64,000 bases of DNA, from NCBI RefSeq assembly GCF_006345805.1, contig NC_042998.1, positions 7,068,001 to 7,132,000 of the forward strand, written 5' to 3'. Made by a program: the position numbers and the translations under genes. Below, in pieces: positions 38,387 to 51,713 of this stretch. Under the pieces are notes generated by a model, which saw only the letters and a list, made by a program, of their open reading frames with translations, did no database searches and was not told the DNA's origin. Within the stretch, counting starts at the first letter, position 1. Every line of letters begins with the position of its first letter. The DNA comes from Octopus sinensis. Lineage: Eukaryota.

Positions 38387-38490
38387 ATTTAGATTCAGAT
38401 GAATATGGCACTTAAGGAAAGGCACCAGAATTTAGTATGGTATTATCCATACAATTTCAAAGTAAGGTGATTAAAATTTTAATCACCTTA
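38387..38490. mobile_element. fold-back family F, copy 2
   Basis: ends in perfect 28-bp palindrome TAAGGTGATTAAAATTTTAATCACCTTA. Confidence 0.75.
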
Positions 38491-38818
38491 TGCACACACA
38501 TACATATATATATTCATGCAATTTCTAGGAATCTTTTCAAGTAGATTATGGTCTCCATGTTATGATTGCTCATTAGCATTAGCTACTCTTGTGCATCTGT
38601 TGTATCCAAAATTTTGTTTCCTTGATTATCTACAGCAAACATATTTTAACACGCGTTGTGCAAGAATCACAAGTGATTATTTTGAAAAATTAAGTTCCTG
38701 CTTATTTACTTCTTGCTTATCTATCTCTGCATACCAATATGGTGTATAATATAGAAATAGAATCAAAACCCAACTACATAAATCAAACTGATAGTTTAGT
38801 CTTCTGATGTAGACTTAC

Positions 38819-38947
38819 TCTTTCATATCTGGAGCTTTCTTTGAAGCTTATGAACAAATGTAACAATTGAAATCTGGTCATTAGTTCACAGATGCTATTT
38901 GTGATATTCAAGTCCAAGATTGTTTTGTAATGGTATCAAAGACTACA
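38819..38947 (-). other. 129-nt exon-like segment with strong splice sites and one in-frame TGA
   Basis: CTTTTCTTCAG| CSL*YHYKTILDLNITNSICELMTRFQLLHLFISFKESSRYER |GTAAGT. Confidence 0.25.
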
Positions 38948-39092
38948 CTGAAGAAAAGATGACTGAACCAAAGCAGAGACCCCACTAATGCATGAAATTT
39001 GTGTAGCTTCACTCAGTCTGCTAAAAATAGCTGCCATATCTCCCTTAAGTCATACTCTACCATTTGAAGAGGAAAGGAAAGATTAGGTTACA

Positions 39093-39567
39093 TACTCTTT
39101 TACTCTTTTACTTGTTTCAGTCATTTGTCTGCAGCCATGCTGGAGCACCGCCTTTAGTCGAGAAATTGACCCCGGGACTTATTCTTTGTAAGTCTAGTAC
39201 TTATTCTATCGGTCTCTTTTGCCGAACCACTAAGTTATGAGGATGTAAACACACCAACATCAGTTGTCAAGCGATGTTGAGGGAATAAACACAGACACAC
39301 AAATATATATACATATACATATATACAACGGGCTTCTTTCAGTTTCCATCTACCAAATCCACTCACAAGGCTTCGGTCAGCCCGAGGCTATAGTATAAGA
39401 CACTTGCCCACTGGCTGAGCAAGCAGGCCAACAGAAGAAATAGTGAGCCTCGTAGAGCTTTTAGGTGTCTTCGCTCAGTAAACACTCACAACGCCTGGTC
39501 TGGAAAATGAAACCGCGATCCTACGACCAAGTCTGCTGCTCTAACCACTGGTCCATTGTGGTTCCAC
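39093..39567 (-). mobile_element. chimeric SINE: C head (39411-39567) joined to A body (39093-39410)
   Basis: direct junction GACACTTGCCCA|CTGGCTGAGC on plus strand. Confidence 0.8.
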
Positions 39568-39616
<49 letters not shown>

Positions 39617-40958
39617 TGTATGTATGTATGTATGTATGTATGTATGTATGTATATATATAATATATATATGTATATATATGTATCCACGTATGTATGTAT
39701 TTATGTGTGTGTGTGTGTGTCTCATTGTTTTGACATTGTGTGATAGTTGCATATGATTGGTCATACAATCAGTATCATTCATTTCCAATACACTGCAAAA
39801 ACATGTCTGGCGATGAGGGAATATTATCTTGCTTTGAAACAGGCAAAAGTTCACGGGAAGAAGGGCGTCTAATTTGCATGAATAAACTCCGACTAACCCA
39901 TGCAAGCATGGAAAAGTGGACATTAAAACAATGATAATGATGATGTTAATGATAATGATGATGATGATGAATAAATGCATTATAGATTCTTTTGTTATTC
40001 GTCCAATACTTTTCTTGATGATGTTCTACCAGAAACATTATCATCCGTTAATGATGATAATCTAGTTATACTATTTCCTTCACAATTACAATTAGCAAAT
40101 TGAGAAATCTATTATGTCTCCAAGTCATTTTTATGTTTTTAGTCACTTTCTTCCTTCAAGTCTGCTTTCATTATCGTTATGTGTTTGATGATTGTCATTC
40201 ACCGTTTACTCTCTTTATTCATATTTCTTGTGCAGCCCACACTTATACACACCTATATCTAATTCATTTTCACTTGAATCATTTCAGATGCTCTTTTCTT
40301 AATAATACCTGGGATTACAGCAATTCCCTGTTTAACAATTCCACATTAAACATTTCTTAAACAATGATTAGATAACTTAACATCTTGGTTTCTATAATCT
40401 TTTGTTGTGATGTATCTGCTACCTTCCATCTGATTCCCACCACAACTAACCATTCCAGTAACCACAAAACTCACTTTGAACCCAACTGTATCCAATTGTT
40501 TCTTATTTCCTCCAAATTCTCTCTACGTTTCTCTGTCAATATGCATATCCACGTGTGATAAACAATAGATAGCCTTCGGAATTATCCTTGGTCTTTCATG
40601 CTTTCCTTGTTAAAATTAATATTCCTATAGAGGTGCTAATGTGGCTGAGTGGCAAGAAGCTTGCTTCCCAACCACATAGTTCTGGGTTCAATCCCACCAT
40701 GTGGCACTTTGGGCAAGTGTTTTCTACAATAACCTGTGACCGACCAAAGTCTGGTGAGTGAATTTGGTAGCTGGCTCCAACATAAAACAGGCAGAATATT
40801 TTGGCCTGATATGATTGGTTTAAATGCTAAAGGGTTAAGATACAATAATGGAGCTTTCTTATGCATCAGAAAATTTATTACAAACTCTGAGTATTTTCCG
40901 TTCTCAAACTATTCTTCTGAGTTCACTTGAACCATTCGATTTCTCCAAGTTTTCTTAC

Positions 40959-41045
40959 TGTCCAGCAGCAGATAAATGCCATCTCAAGGTCAATAACCAA
41001 ATGTTAAGTTGTTTGTTCTTGATCAAGTGGATTACTTGTAGTTCT
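40959..41045 (-). CDS. candidate 87-nt exon ELQVIHLIKNKQLNIWLLTLRWHLSAAG
   Basis: pyrimidine-rich acceptor, GTAAGA donor, one open frame; phase does not chain directly with neighbours. Confidence 0.25.
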
Positions 41046-41746
41046 CTTAAGAAATACCAAAAGAATCTAAAATGTCATGTAAATATAATTTGTTAAACCA
41101 AAATAACATATATCAACAGAATTGGATGATTTCGAAAAAGAGAGAGAGTCTAAAATATACAAGTTGCTTAAAAGAAACACCTCTGTATATTACATAATTA
41201 TAAATAGTTGACATATCTACCACAAATCATTGGTATTGCATTGATTTAATTACAGCTTTTGATGGACAAAATTGATTTAATTATATATTTTCAATTACAA
41301 ATTTGAATATCCTATCACTATTACATTTGGGTGATATCTTCAGATATCACTGGAGCTAAGCTCAATTGAAATTATAACATGTTGTTAGTTGTCATGATAT
41401 TTTTAGATATCACTGGGACTAACTGCTATCACTTTATTATTCTTCTATACATCATCAAATGTTCATGACAATAATTCTTAATAGCAATTCTCAGTGCCAT
41501 CATCATCATCATCGTTGTCGTCATCGTTGTCGTCATCTCTACCACCACCCCCATCATCATTATCATCATATTGTCATCATTTTATTGTCGATTTTTCCAT
41601 GCTCGCACAAATCAGATGGAATTCATTGTGGCAGATTTTCTATGACCAGATGTCCTTCTTGTCAACCCTCACCTTTTTCCAAGCAAGGGAAAATTCCCCC
41701 ATAGACAGACATGCTTATTTACAACCATCACGTGATGCAGTGACAA

Positions 41747-41777
<31 letters not shown>

Positions 41778-41781
<4 letters not shown>

Positions 41782-41997
41782 GGGAGTGCTGAAAAGTTCC
41801 AGGCTTTAAGGGTGTCATGAAAGGCTTAGTTGGAGGCCCAACCTTCCAAATTCTTTCATAGGGCTTGGAAAAACTGAAGGACCACTGCCGTAAGTGTTTG
41901 TATCTGAGTGAGGAATGTGTTGCATAGAATCATAATTAATTGATCTTCCTGTATTTTCTTTTATCCAAAGCTAGTAACTATTCAGCACCCCTTCGTA
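41778..41997 (+). mobile_element. mariner-derived MITE / deleted element
   Basis: imperfect TIRs GGGAGTGCTGAAAAGTTCC / AACTATTCAGCACCCCTTCGTA; remnant WKKLKDHCRKCLYLSEECVA. Confidence 0.7.
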
Positions 41998-42591
41998 TGT
42001 ACAGAAAAATGGTAGGCTTCTTTCAGCTTCCCTCTACAAAATCTGCATACAAGGCTTTGAGTAATCAAGGGGTATGATAGAAGACTCTTTCCCAAGATGC
42101 CCAGCAGCAGGACAGAACCTGAAACCACATGACAAGGAAGTAAACTTCTTAGACATATGGCCACAGCAATGACTGTACCTAAACGAGTTAGATTTTAACC
42201 TTAGCAAGATTTGAACTCAGAACATAAAGTAACCAAATAATTTACCAAAATGCATTATACCCAACACTCTGTCAGCTCGCAAATTTAACAATGTTGAATG
42301 TTAGACACATTACAAAAGTCTGTATGTTAAAACTTCGATTTCATCCATCTATATTCTGTTTGAAATCAATTTAAAAATAGCTAGGTTCACTCATTGGACT
42401 TGGGCCATGCTGGAGCAGTGTTGTGAAGTGGGGAATTAACACAAACATAAACTTTTGCATGCATACACATGCACTCACACACGCACACACAATACAACCA
42501 TCCGTCCATTCATTCATACATACATACATGCATACATACATACATACATACATACATACATACATACATAGATACATATAAACATACATAC

Positions 42592-42830
42592 ATTGGAACT
42601 CTGGGACATGTAACACACAGCCTAAATACCAATCATGAGAAATTAGGCTTCTCAAAACCAGAAATGAGAAAGCTAACTCAAAAACTACAGATCCAATCCC
42701 TCACTGGAACTAAAAATCTGCAAAACTTTCCAGAAGTTTATCATTTAAATATATATATATATGAATATGTCTAGATATGCAACTATATGCATGAGAATAC
42801 ATACATAAAACATACAAATCTGCACAAACA
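42592..42830 (+). mobile_element. Dong/R4-like LINE 3' fragment in (CATA)n
   Basis: IGTLGHVTHSLNTNHEKLGFSKPEMRKLTQKLQIQSLTGT. Confidence 0.7.
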
Positions 42831-43008
42831 TACATACATACATACAAACAAAAATACCCTGTTGTTGATGTTGAAATTCCAGTGAAGGAGCCTTGGATCT
42901 AGATTAGTAACCGGTTCTTTCTCTATTGGCAAGAAATCCTAAAATAAACTGAATAATGACATACATATAAACATGGATATATATATATATATATAAGTTC
43001 AGTAAACA

Positions 43009-43141
43009 ATTTAGATTCAAATGAATATGGTACTTAATTTAGATGCACCAGAATTTTTTATGGTATTACCCATAAAAATATGCGGGGTGATTATAATCAA
43101 AAATAAGCAACAAGAATTCATTCTTGTTGCTTATTTTTGAT

Positions 43142-43145
<4 letters not shown>
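43009..43145. mobile_element. fold-back family F, copy 3
   Basis: perfect 26-bp arms 43092-43117 / 43120-43145. Confidence 0.78.
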
Positions 43146-43178
<33 letters not shown>

Positions 43179-43291
43179 CATATATGTACCACAGAACCTC
43201 CCAAAACTAGAAACAGTTTATTAAGTATAATCCTAGCCTAAGAAGACACTATCCATTAAGTCAGTCAAGCAATATCAACATATGTAATGAT

Positions 43292-43445
43292 GGGTTTCTT
43301 TCAGTTTCCATTTGCACAATCCATTCATAAGGCTTTAATTAGCTCTGGGATATAGTAGGAGACACTTGTCCAAAGTACCACACAATGGAGTTGAACCCAA
43401 GTCAACGTGGTTGGAAAGCAAGCATCTTAACCACACAGCCATGTC
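43292..43445 (-). mobile_element. SINE A 5' half, degenerate
   Basis: family match. Confidence 0.65.
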
Positions 43446-43466
43446 TTCATTTATTTATAGGTAACA

Positions 43467-43636
43467 GGCGCAGGAGTGGCTGTGTGGTAAGTAGCTTGCT
43501 AACCAACCACATAGTTCCAGGTTCAGTCCCACTGTGTGGCATCTTGGGCAAGTGTCTTCTGCTATAGCCCCGGGCCGACCAATGCCTTGTGAGTGGATTT
43601 GGTAGACGGAAACTGAAAGAAGCCCGTCGTATATAT

Positions 43637-43672
<36 letters not shown>

Positions 43673-43889
43673 ATGTGTTTGTGTGTCTGTGTTTGTCCCC
43701 CAAGCATTGCTTGACAACCGGTGCTGGTGAGTTTACGTCCCCGTCACTTAGCGGTTTGGCAAAAGAGACCGATAGAATAAGTACTGGACTTACAAAGAAT
43801 AAGTCCCGGGGTCGATTTGCTCAACTAAAGTCGGTGCTCCAGCATGGCCGCAGTCAAATGACTGAAACAAGTAAAAGAGAGTAAAGAGA
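43467..43889 (+). mobile_element. SINE A, full length
   Basis: family match. Confidence 0.9.
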
Positions 43890-44905
43890 GTTCAGAAAAA
43901 ATAATCCAATACAGAATGGCAACCTGAATATTGTATGAAAGGAGTAGCTTTTGTTGTTATTGTTCAACCCCTGCTCATTTCTGATTGAACCAGACCAATG
44001 ATCAAAGATATTTCAGCTGGGACCATCTTGTCTTTTCTTTTTTTGTTTTTTCTTTTTTTTTATGGATATCTATAACAAAGTTGTTTAAAGAAATCACTCT
44101 TTTTGAAGATGGTGCAGGTGATCTGCTTGCTATTTCTATCAGATTTGTTTGGAATGGAAATAAAATAGAAGCAAGAAATGCATGTGTCAAAGCTTTTGAA
44201 TTCATGACCTGACTGTAGCCAAAGGAATAAATTATCAATGATAAATGGTAGCTAGTGACTGAATAATGCACCATTAAACCTTACAAGTTTCCTTTTTGTC
44301 GTTGGCTTGACTTGGAAATGAATGGCAAATCTATTACTCTATAGATGCTCACTTTGAATGATAATCTCAAACTAGAAATATAAAGTTTTAGTTAATACTT
44401 TATTGAATTCTTATTCCAATTCCCTAATCAATATAAGACAGATTACTATATTGATCGCTATGTTATTCGCTTGAAATGAAATCTAGACTTTCTGCCTTTG
44501 AGTTTAATGATTAAAGATTAATGCATAAAACTCCTAAAAGTAATGAATGAAGGATTATTTCATTATCTTTGTGAGAGATTGTTTAACAATTCATGCTTTC
44601 ATTTTTAAGAGCATAGCTTTTTCTTTTCTCTCAATGCCTTGTGATATACACAGCCTAAGCATAGCTTCTAATTCTATTCTTCTTCATAGGATAACTTGCT
44701 TTATAAGACAGGTTTGGACCCACCTCTTAATCTCTTGAAGAAATATTCTTCCTATCACAAGCAGTATTGAACTCAACCCATTGAGCTAACAAACATGTAT
44801 CAATTTGACTGTGGCTTTTCTACTTACATTAATGAATTTCACACATTCTGGTGTCTACATAGTTTTAAGAATAATTAAATGTTGTAATTAAATGTTGAAT
44901 AATTA

Positions 44906-45287
44906 AATGCCGGTGGCACATAAAAAGCACCATCCGTTCGTGACCATTGCCAGCCTTGCCTGGCCCCCGTGCCGGTGGCATGTAAAAAGCACCATCCGTT
45001 CATGGCCATTGCCAGCCTGGCCTGGCCCCCATGCTGGTGGCACATAAAAAGCACCATCCGATCGTGGCCGTTTGCCAGACTCATCTGGCACCTGTGCCGG
45101 TGGCACGTAAAAAGCACCCACTACACTCATGGAGTGGTTGGCATTAGGAAGGGCATCCAGCCGTAGAAACATTGCCAGATCAAACTGGGCCTGGTGCAGC
45201 CTTCAGGCTTCCCAGACCCCAGTTGAACCTTCCAACCCATGCTAGCATGGAAAGCGGACGCTAAACGATGATGATGATGATGATGAT
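44906..45287 (+). mobile_element. RTE 3'UTR-derived short copy
   Basis: about four units, core, (GAT)n tail. Confidence 0.88.
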
Positions 45288-47123
45288 GTAAGTCACATGT
45301 CTTTATCACATAATAACATACTAGAAATAGGATATCGGCTGCCGATCTCTGGTGGTTATCCAGTAGCTAACCAGTTTGATCATTTTACCAAGACTATTCC
45401 TCTGTCTTTCATTTTCCTGTTTCTAATAATGTATTTCACCTCCAAGAGTCTACACAAACCCTTCGGCATTCAGATTACTTTGTCAAATGTATTTATTCAC
45501 ATTGTTTTGAATTAATCATACATTATCTTGTAGTTTCAAGATTTTGGTAATGTGATTGCTTATTTTTAGAATGGCATTGGAGAGTAGGTGAAAGAGACCA
45601 GATCTAACTAACTTTAACATAATACCAGTAGAATATTTGGGCCAGATGTGATTGGTTTAAATGGTAAAGGACTAAACACTTTTCTTTCTTCTTCTTACTC
45701 AGGATTGCAACCATCTGAAATTTTATCCCACAAATGATTTTCCTGCAAACTTTGACATTAAAATGCTCAAACTGAGCAGCTGTTGTATTCGTCTCACAGT
45801 CCAAAAAACATTATATATACAGCTCTTTCTTTCTCCCTAAGTTACAAAAACATAATTTTTATGTATTATTTGCAAGTTTCTCCACTCTTCGTGTACAAAA
45901 TTTATGCATATTAACAGCTGTTTCTGTTTAGCTTTAGGTCAGCTCTTCTAAGATTAAACCAAGGATTAAAAATGTTCCAGTCATAACCAGCTTATTTTGT
46001 TTTTTCCCCCTTTTCTTTTAGATGAGGATAGGGTATATTTGAGACTACATCACCCAAAGTGCCCATCCAATTTATTTTAAGATAGTAAAGAATGTGATTT
46101 GAGGTAGATTTAGATGCTATTTCTGGTAGGCTGAGCGACCATATAGGGGCCCTCTTGTTAATTCATGTGAACAGCTAAAGCAGGTAGAGAAAGGAATGAA
46201 ATCTCTTGTGTTTCATTTTCAAACAACTTTCTAGAAATTATTTAAAACTCTTTCTAGAATGAACATAAAATATATCAATGGCACTATTTTTTAAGCAATT
46301 ACTATTTGTTGTTGTTGTTGTTATTATTATTATTATTATTATTGTCTTATGTCATAAATATTTTTATTATCAAACAAAGTCAAAAGATTAAATGTAGTCA
46401 AAGGAAAAATGACTCAAGACAGAAAATCAATGTTTTATATAAATAACTTCCATTTATTCTCATATATTTTTTTTCCTTCTGTTTCATTAATCATGTGACC
46501 TTTTAGGTAGTAAAACACACCAAATAGTTGTGTAATGTTTTCTTTTTAAAAGGTTTTAACACTTCAACAAATAAGGCAGTAAGGAAATATCAAACAACAA
46601 GACTTATGACGACTACAACAATAACAACAATGATGATGATGATGATGATGATTGTATCAAAAATAATGATTCGTATGAACTTTTCAGGACTTAGAATTAA
46701 TATTATTCCTTGAATTTCATGTCTGACTTGGCATTTTGAAATAAATCCAAAAATAACAAAGACATTAGTGATATTATATCATGCACTGCATTTACAGCAA
46801 AATAACATTCATAAGTGCATGTTCATATGGGATGATGATGATGATGGTGGTGATGGTGATGATGATGATGGTGATGATGATGATGATGATGATGATGTTG
46901 ATGAGGAACTTGCTCGTTGAAGACAACACGAGTGTTCAGCTTTTAGCCAAACAACTTGCATGAATGATTCGTTTATAGTGATCAAATATATATGTGCTCC
47001 CTCTCTCCATCAAATTCCCATCGCCTGAACAGGTGCACAGTGTACCACACATCAGGCGTCGAAGTGATGATGATGATGATGATAATAATGATAAGAAGAA
47101 GAAGAATTATAATAAATAATAGC

Positions 47124-47171
<48 letters not shown>

Positions 47172-47320
47172 CCTTTCTACTATAGGCATAAGGCCTGAAA
47201 TTTAGGGGGAGGGGGATAAGTCAATTACATTGACTCCAGTGTTTTACCAGTACTTAATTTATTGATCCCAAAAGGATGAAAGGCAAAGTCGACCTCGGTG
47301 GAAGTTGAACTCAGTACGTA
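47172..47320 (-). mobile_element. SINE B2 fragment
   Basis: family match beside (AAT)n. Confidence 0.7.
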
Positions 47321-47527
47321 GCAATAATAATAATAATAACATTGGTGTTCATCTATCATTGTCGATGATGATCAAAGACATTATATGGGGGAGAAGAATA
47401 TGGGCCATGCAGTGTCTAGCTTTAACCAATTAGCCCAATGCATGTTTGGAAGGCTCTACCACAGGTTGGGCATGCTGGGAATGGAGACAAGGAGTTAGCT
47501 CAAAACTTGTGCTTATATATATATATA

Positions 47528-47918
47528 CTAGCAGTATCGCCCGGCGTTGCTCGGGTTTGTAAGGGAAATAACTATATAAGCATTTTTAGAGAGTTATAGC
47601 CAAAAAATAGCAAAAAAATGCATTAAAAATGGAAAAAAATTATGGTAAATTTTTTTTAAATCATTGACTCATTGTAGACATTTTTAGAGAGTTACTTCCC
47701 TTATATAATAGCGAAAAAATGCATTAAAATGGGAAAAAATGATGGTAAATTTTTTTTTAAATCGTAGACTCATCGTAGATGCGCGCTAATACCCAGAAGG
47801 GCTCGATATGAATCACGACTATAAGATACCAGGTTTTGGTTAAACTGCACCGCAAAATGTGGGAGTAGTTAGGAATCTAAATCGTAGGAGACAGACACAC
47901 AACTTGACTTTTATATAT
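47528..47918 (-). mobile_element. non-autonomous Helitron H1, copy 2
   Basis: reverse complement of 7693-8068; CTAG end at 47528. Confidence 0.85.
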
Positions 47919-48938
47919 ATATATATATCATCATCATCATCATCATATATATATGTCTGAATGTATGTGTGTGTGTGTGTGTGTGTGTGAACAGATACAT
48001 ATGCAGATGTGTGCATAAATCTGTGTGTGTGTGCATGTGTATAAGAATAATAATTCCCAACTTCAAGTTTCAGACGGTTCCATTATGGTTACTGCAGTCT
48101 TCATTTGGAATGAATGTATGTATATGCGCGAATACTTTATACTTCTGTGATGTATATTACACACTAAAATCATTTTTCTTGTTTTTCAGACCTGGTTACA
48201 TGAATATGTCTCTGTTTTTTTTTTTTCTATATTCATTTTTTTCTTAAGAAAGTAATGCTATTATTTTCTATTTTTATTAACATTCTTCGAATACTACTTT
48301 CATGGATCTTTTAAAATTAAGTTTATGAAAACTAAAATTGTTTGAAATTAGAGCATTAAAACTCTTGTAAGAATATGGGAAAATGTATTGATGTTCATTT
48401 TCTTTGAATGCCGCTGTTAATATATTTGAAAGAAAATATTGGCTGTTCAATTACCAAATGAATTCATTTTTTTTTTCTTTTTTTTCTTCTTTATTTTCTA
48501 AAAAATCTCATAGTACACTCAGGTAAAGTATATTGTTTTTCTATCCCTTCTAGAATATTTTCCTTTCTCTTTTATATCCTGTAGGTACTATGTAGAAATG
48601 TTTAAAATCAATGTCAGTGTATGACATACTTTATCTCTGATACAAAAATAGTAGTACTACAATCAACAACTGAAATCAAACATCGTTTGAGTGAATATAT
48701 AATGCAAGCGAGACTCGAAGACATTGATCTAACTTTTGAATTAAGGAGAAAGAAAGCATGATGTATATTCTTAAAGACTTACTCTGCCTGTAGATGTAAA
48801 ACTCTATCTAAATTAAATCATTTAAATTCATACATAGTTTTAAGTTTATACATATAAACACATGGAAGCTGAAATACAACTGATGCACATACACCTCATA
48901 TGTAAAACTTATATCCTTGTTTAAATCCAATCATTTAT

Positions 48939-48979
<41 letters not shown>

Positions 48980-49074
48980 CAAACATAAATATTCGTTTGT
49001 AATTTCCAAACAATTTCATAATAGATACAATCTTAGATGTGTACTTACAACTATGAGGGAACTTATCAACTCAA

Positions 49075-49078
<4 letters not shown>

Positions 49079-49135
<57 letters not shown>

Positions 49136-49191
49136 CACATGTGTATATATATATATAATATATATATATATACATTATATATATATATGTG

Positions 49192-49235
<44 letters not shown>

Positions 49236-49304
49236 GTGTGTATATATAATATATATATATACATATATATATATATTATATGTGTATATATATATATATA
49301 TATC

Positions 49305-49340
<36 letters not shown>

Positions 49341-49392
49341 TATATATATTATATATATATATATATACACACACAACACACACACACACAAC

Positions 49393-49430
<38 letters not shown>
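49079..49430. repeat. interrupted (TA)n array
   Basis: direct reading. Confidence 0.95.
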
Positions 49431-49433
<3 letters not shown>

Positions 49434-49580
49434 CAAATTTACAGAAAACAAAAGATGAAGACAGGTGTAGGAACAACAAGCAGGTGTATTAGTTTAATAA
49501 GAAGAATGGAAAAGTCTTTTATACTTTGAGCCTACACTCTTCAACAGAAAGGATTAAGGGGGAAAAAAAGCAGAGAGAGA
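49431..49580 (-). mobile_element. family H, copy 2 (GAAAC eroded)
   Basis: GAGCCTACACTCTTCAACAGAAAG retained. Confidence 0.7.
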
Positions 49581-49609
49581 AAAAATTTTTGTAGGGATTA
49601 ATGTTTCAA

Positions 49610-49820
49610 TATGACAAAACAGCCAGTGGCACAAAAAATGTACTCATTACACTCTCAGAGTGGTTGGCATTAGGAAGGGCATCCAACTGTAGAAACCATT
49701 CCAAATCAGACTGGAACCTGGTGCAGCCGTCTGGCTTACCAGTTCCAGTTAAACTGTCTAACCCATGCCAGCAAGGAAAGAAGACGTTAAATGATGATGA
49801 TGATAATGATGATGATGACA
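49610..49820 (+). mobile_element. RTE 3'-end short copy
   Basis: core and tail. Confidence 0.8.
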
Positions 49821-49931
49821 TATATATACACACATATATAATAAATGGATATATATATATATATATATAGTGGATGCCTCCATTGGTTTTGATGTATGAG
49901 TCTAACAGCCAATGTTTAGTCATTAGATTAC

Positions 49932-50096
49932 CTCTGCAGATGATTTGTTTACAGTAGTGAAGGTTTGAATGGGACCAGCATTTTAGGAAATGCAGATACA
50001 GAAAGTTGGTACAAATGATTGCCATAGATTCAATTATATATCTTAGGCTTTTCTGGTAGAATTCTCCATCTCTTGAGTCAGTTGCTTTCATCATGA
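49932..50096 (-). CDS. candidate 165-nt phase-1 exon MMKATDSRDGEFYQKSLRYIIESMAIICTNFLYLHFLKCWSHSNLHYCKQIICR
   Basis: CTACAG acceptor, G|GTAATC donor, phase-compatible with exon 33805. Confidence 0.3.
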
Positions 50097-50754
50097 CTGT
50101 AGATGGCTAGATGCAGATCTGGACAACAAACCAGAAATTTGTAAGTCCTATATAGCTTTGAAAAAATAAGTGTTAAAATTGAACTGCACTCTTTGAAACT
50201 TTCACTAAGAATAAGTACAAAGGTAAAATTACTACTTGCTTTTATAACAAGTTGATGCAGGTAGTTTATCATGTCTCCTTCCGTCTTTTAGTTCATACAA
50301 TTGAAAAAAACTACATTATTTATGGGATCATGCAATGTGTGTGTGTGTGTGTGTGCATGTGTGTGTATGTATCTGTGAGAAGTTAGAAATGTGTGTGTGT
50401 GAACGAAAAATGCAAAGCTTTATGAAAGACTAGTGCTCTATGAATGAAACCTTATGTGTGTTGTGAATGAAGTTCTTACCAGCAAATTACAGACAATCTT
50501 TTATCACTCTTGGAACATTAGAAACACGGACCAGTGATTGACCAGTGAGTGACCCATTCAAAGCATGTAAACAACAATATGATTGTTTTTAAACTGTAGT
50601 AGAAAATTAAACATGCATATGCATTGCTACAAACACAGAAATATGTGCACATTGAATATGGGTTGTCTGTGGAACCTGAGAAGAAATGAGGAAGGCATAA
50701 ATTACTGGATGCATAATCATCATCATCATTGCTTAACGTCTGCTCTCTTTCTCT

Positions 50755-50991
50755 CTCTTTTACTCTTTTACTTGTTTCAGTCATTTGATTGCGGCCATGC
50801 TGGAGCACCGCCTTTAGTCGAGCAAATCGACCTCGAGATTTATTCTTTGTAAGCCTAGTACCTATTCTATCGGTCTCTTTTACCGAACCGCTAAGTGACG
50901 GGGACGTAAACACACCAGCATCGGTTGTCAAGCAATGCTAGGGGGACAAACACAGACACACAAACACACACACACATGCATATATATATAT

Positions 50992-51023
<32 letters not shown>

Positions 51024-51194
51024 CATATATCCGACAGGCTTCTTTCAGTTTCCGTCTACCAAATCCACTCACAAGGCATTGGTCGGCCCGGGGCTATAGC
51101 AGAAGACACTTGCCCGAGATGCCACGCAGTGGGACTGAACCCAAAACCATGTTGTTGGTAAGCAAGCTACTTACCACACAGCCACTCCTGCGCC
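50755..51194 (-). mobile_element. SINE A, full length
   Basis: family match. Confidence 0.9.
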
Positions 51195-51252
51195 TTCATA
51201 TTAATTTGAATAAATGACAGTTAATGTAACTGAAGGGTGAATCTAGGTATTA

Positions 51253-51645
51253 CTTACTTGTACTTGTGACGGTGTTCACCTAGAGTGGGTTGAGCCAGCT
51301 TCTTCTCTGGTCCTTATGGCATCACGAACCATGGTGGCCCATGCATGACGGTTCTGTGCGGGGTCACTGGAGATAGCGAGCCATTCGCGGTTCCATCTGC
51401 GCAGACCGACCACCTGCAGACCTGAGAGTTCGGAGAGGTCCTCCTTTGTCGTCGTTGTCCAGGTCTTCAGCTGCCCGCCCGTGCATTTGTGCCAGCTGGG
51501 AAGTGGAGGTGGGAGGAGGACATCGCAAATCAGCTCACCCTCTGCATGCCGGGTTGCATGACCGAATCACCTTAAGCATCATTGTAGAAGCACAGAAGGG
51601 TGGGGCCAGTGATTCAGACGATAATGAAACTGGCTGTAGGTATTA
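51253..51645 (-). mobile_element. RTE-clade LINE 3' fragment (family 3)
   Basis: LR*FGHATR...GGQLKTW...GLRRWNREWL...AQNRHAW; CAAGTA tail; 13-bp TSD AATCTAGGTATTA at 51240-51252 and 51646-51658. Confidence 0.88.
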
Positions 51646-51713
51646 AATCTAGGTATTAAAACCATGAGAATCAATGTGCACATGAGAAACAATTAATATG
51701 AGAAATAAATAAG

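Noticed and set aside
38516-38749. Unique-sequence ORFs here and at 17796, 43985/44002, 44547, 45297, 45604, 57544
   Set aside because: Short, often open on both strands, no family recognised, no phase-consistent chain; cannot be separated from chance or decayed TE
40130-40600. Possible very old RTE fragment on the minus strand
   Set aside because: Only faint resemblance (LGFKVS, VKMN); too eroded to list as a feature
42865-42925. CCAGTGA...GTAACCGGTTC-TTTC, faintly hammerhead-shaped
   Set aside because: Both core halves deviate; too degenerate to support
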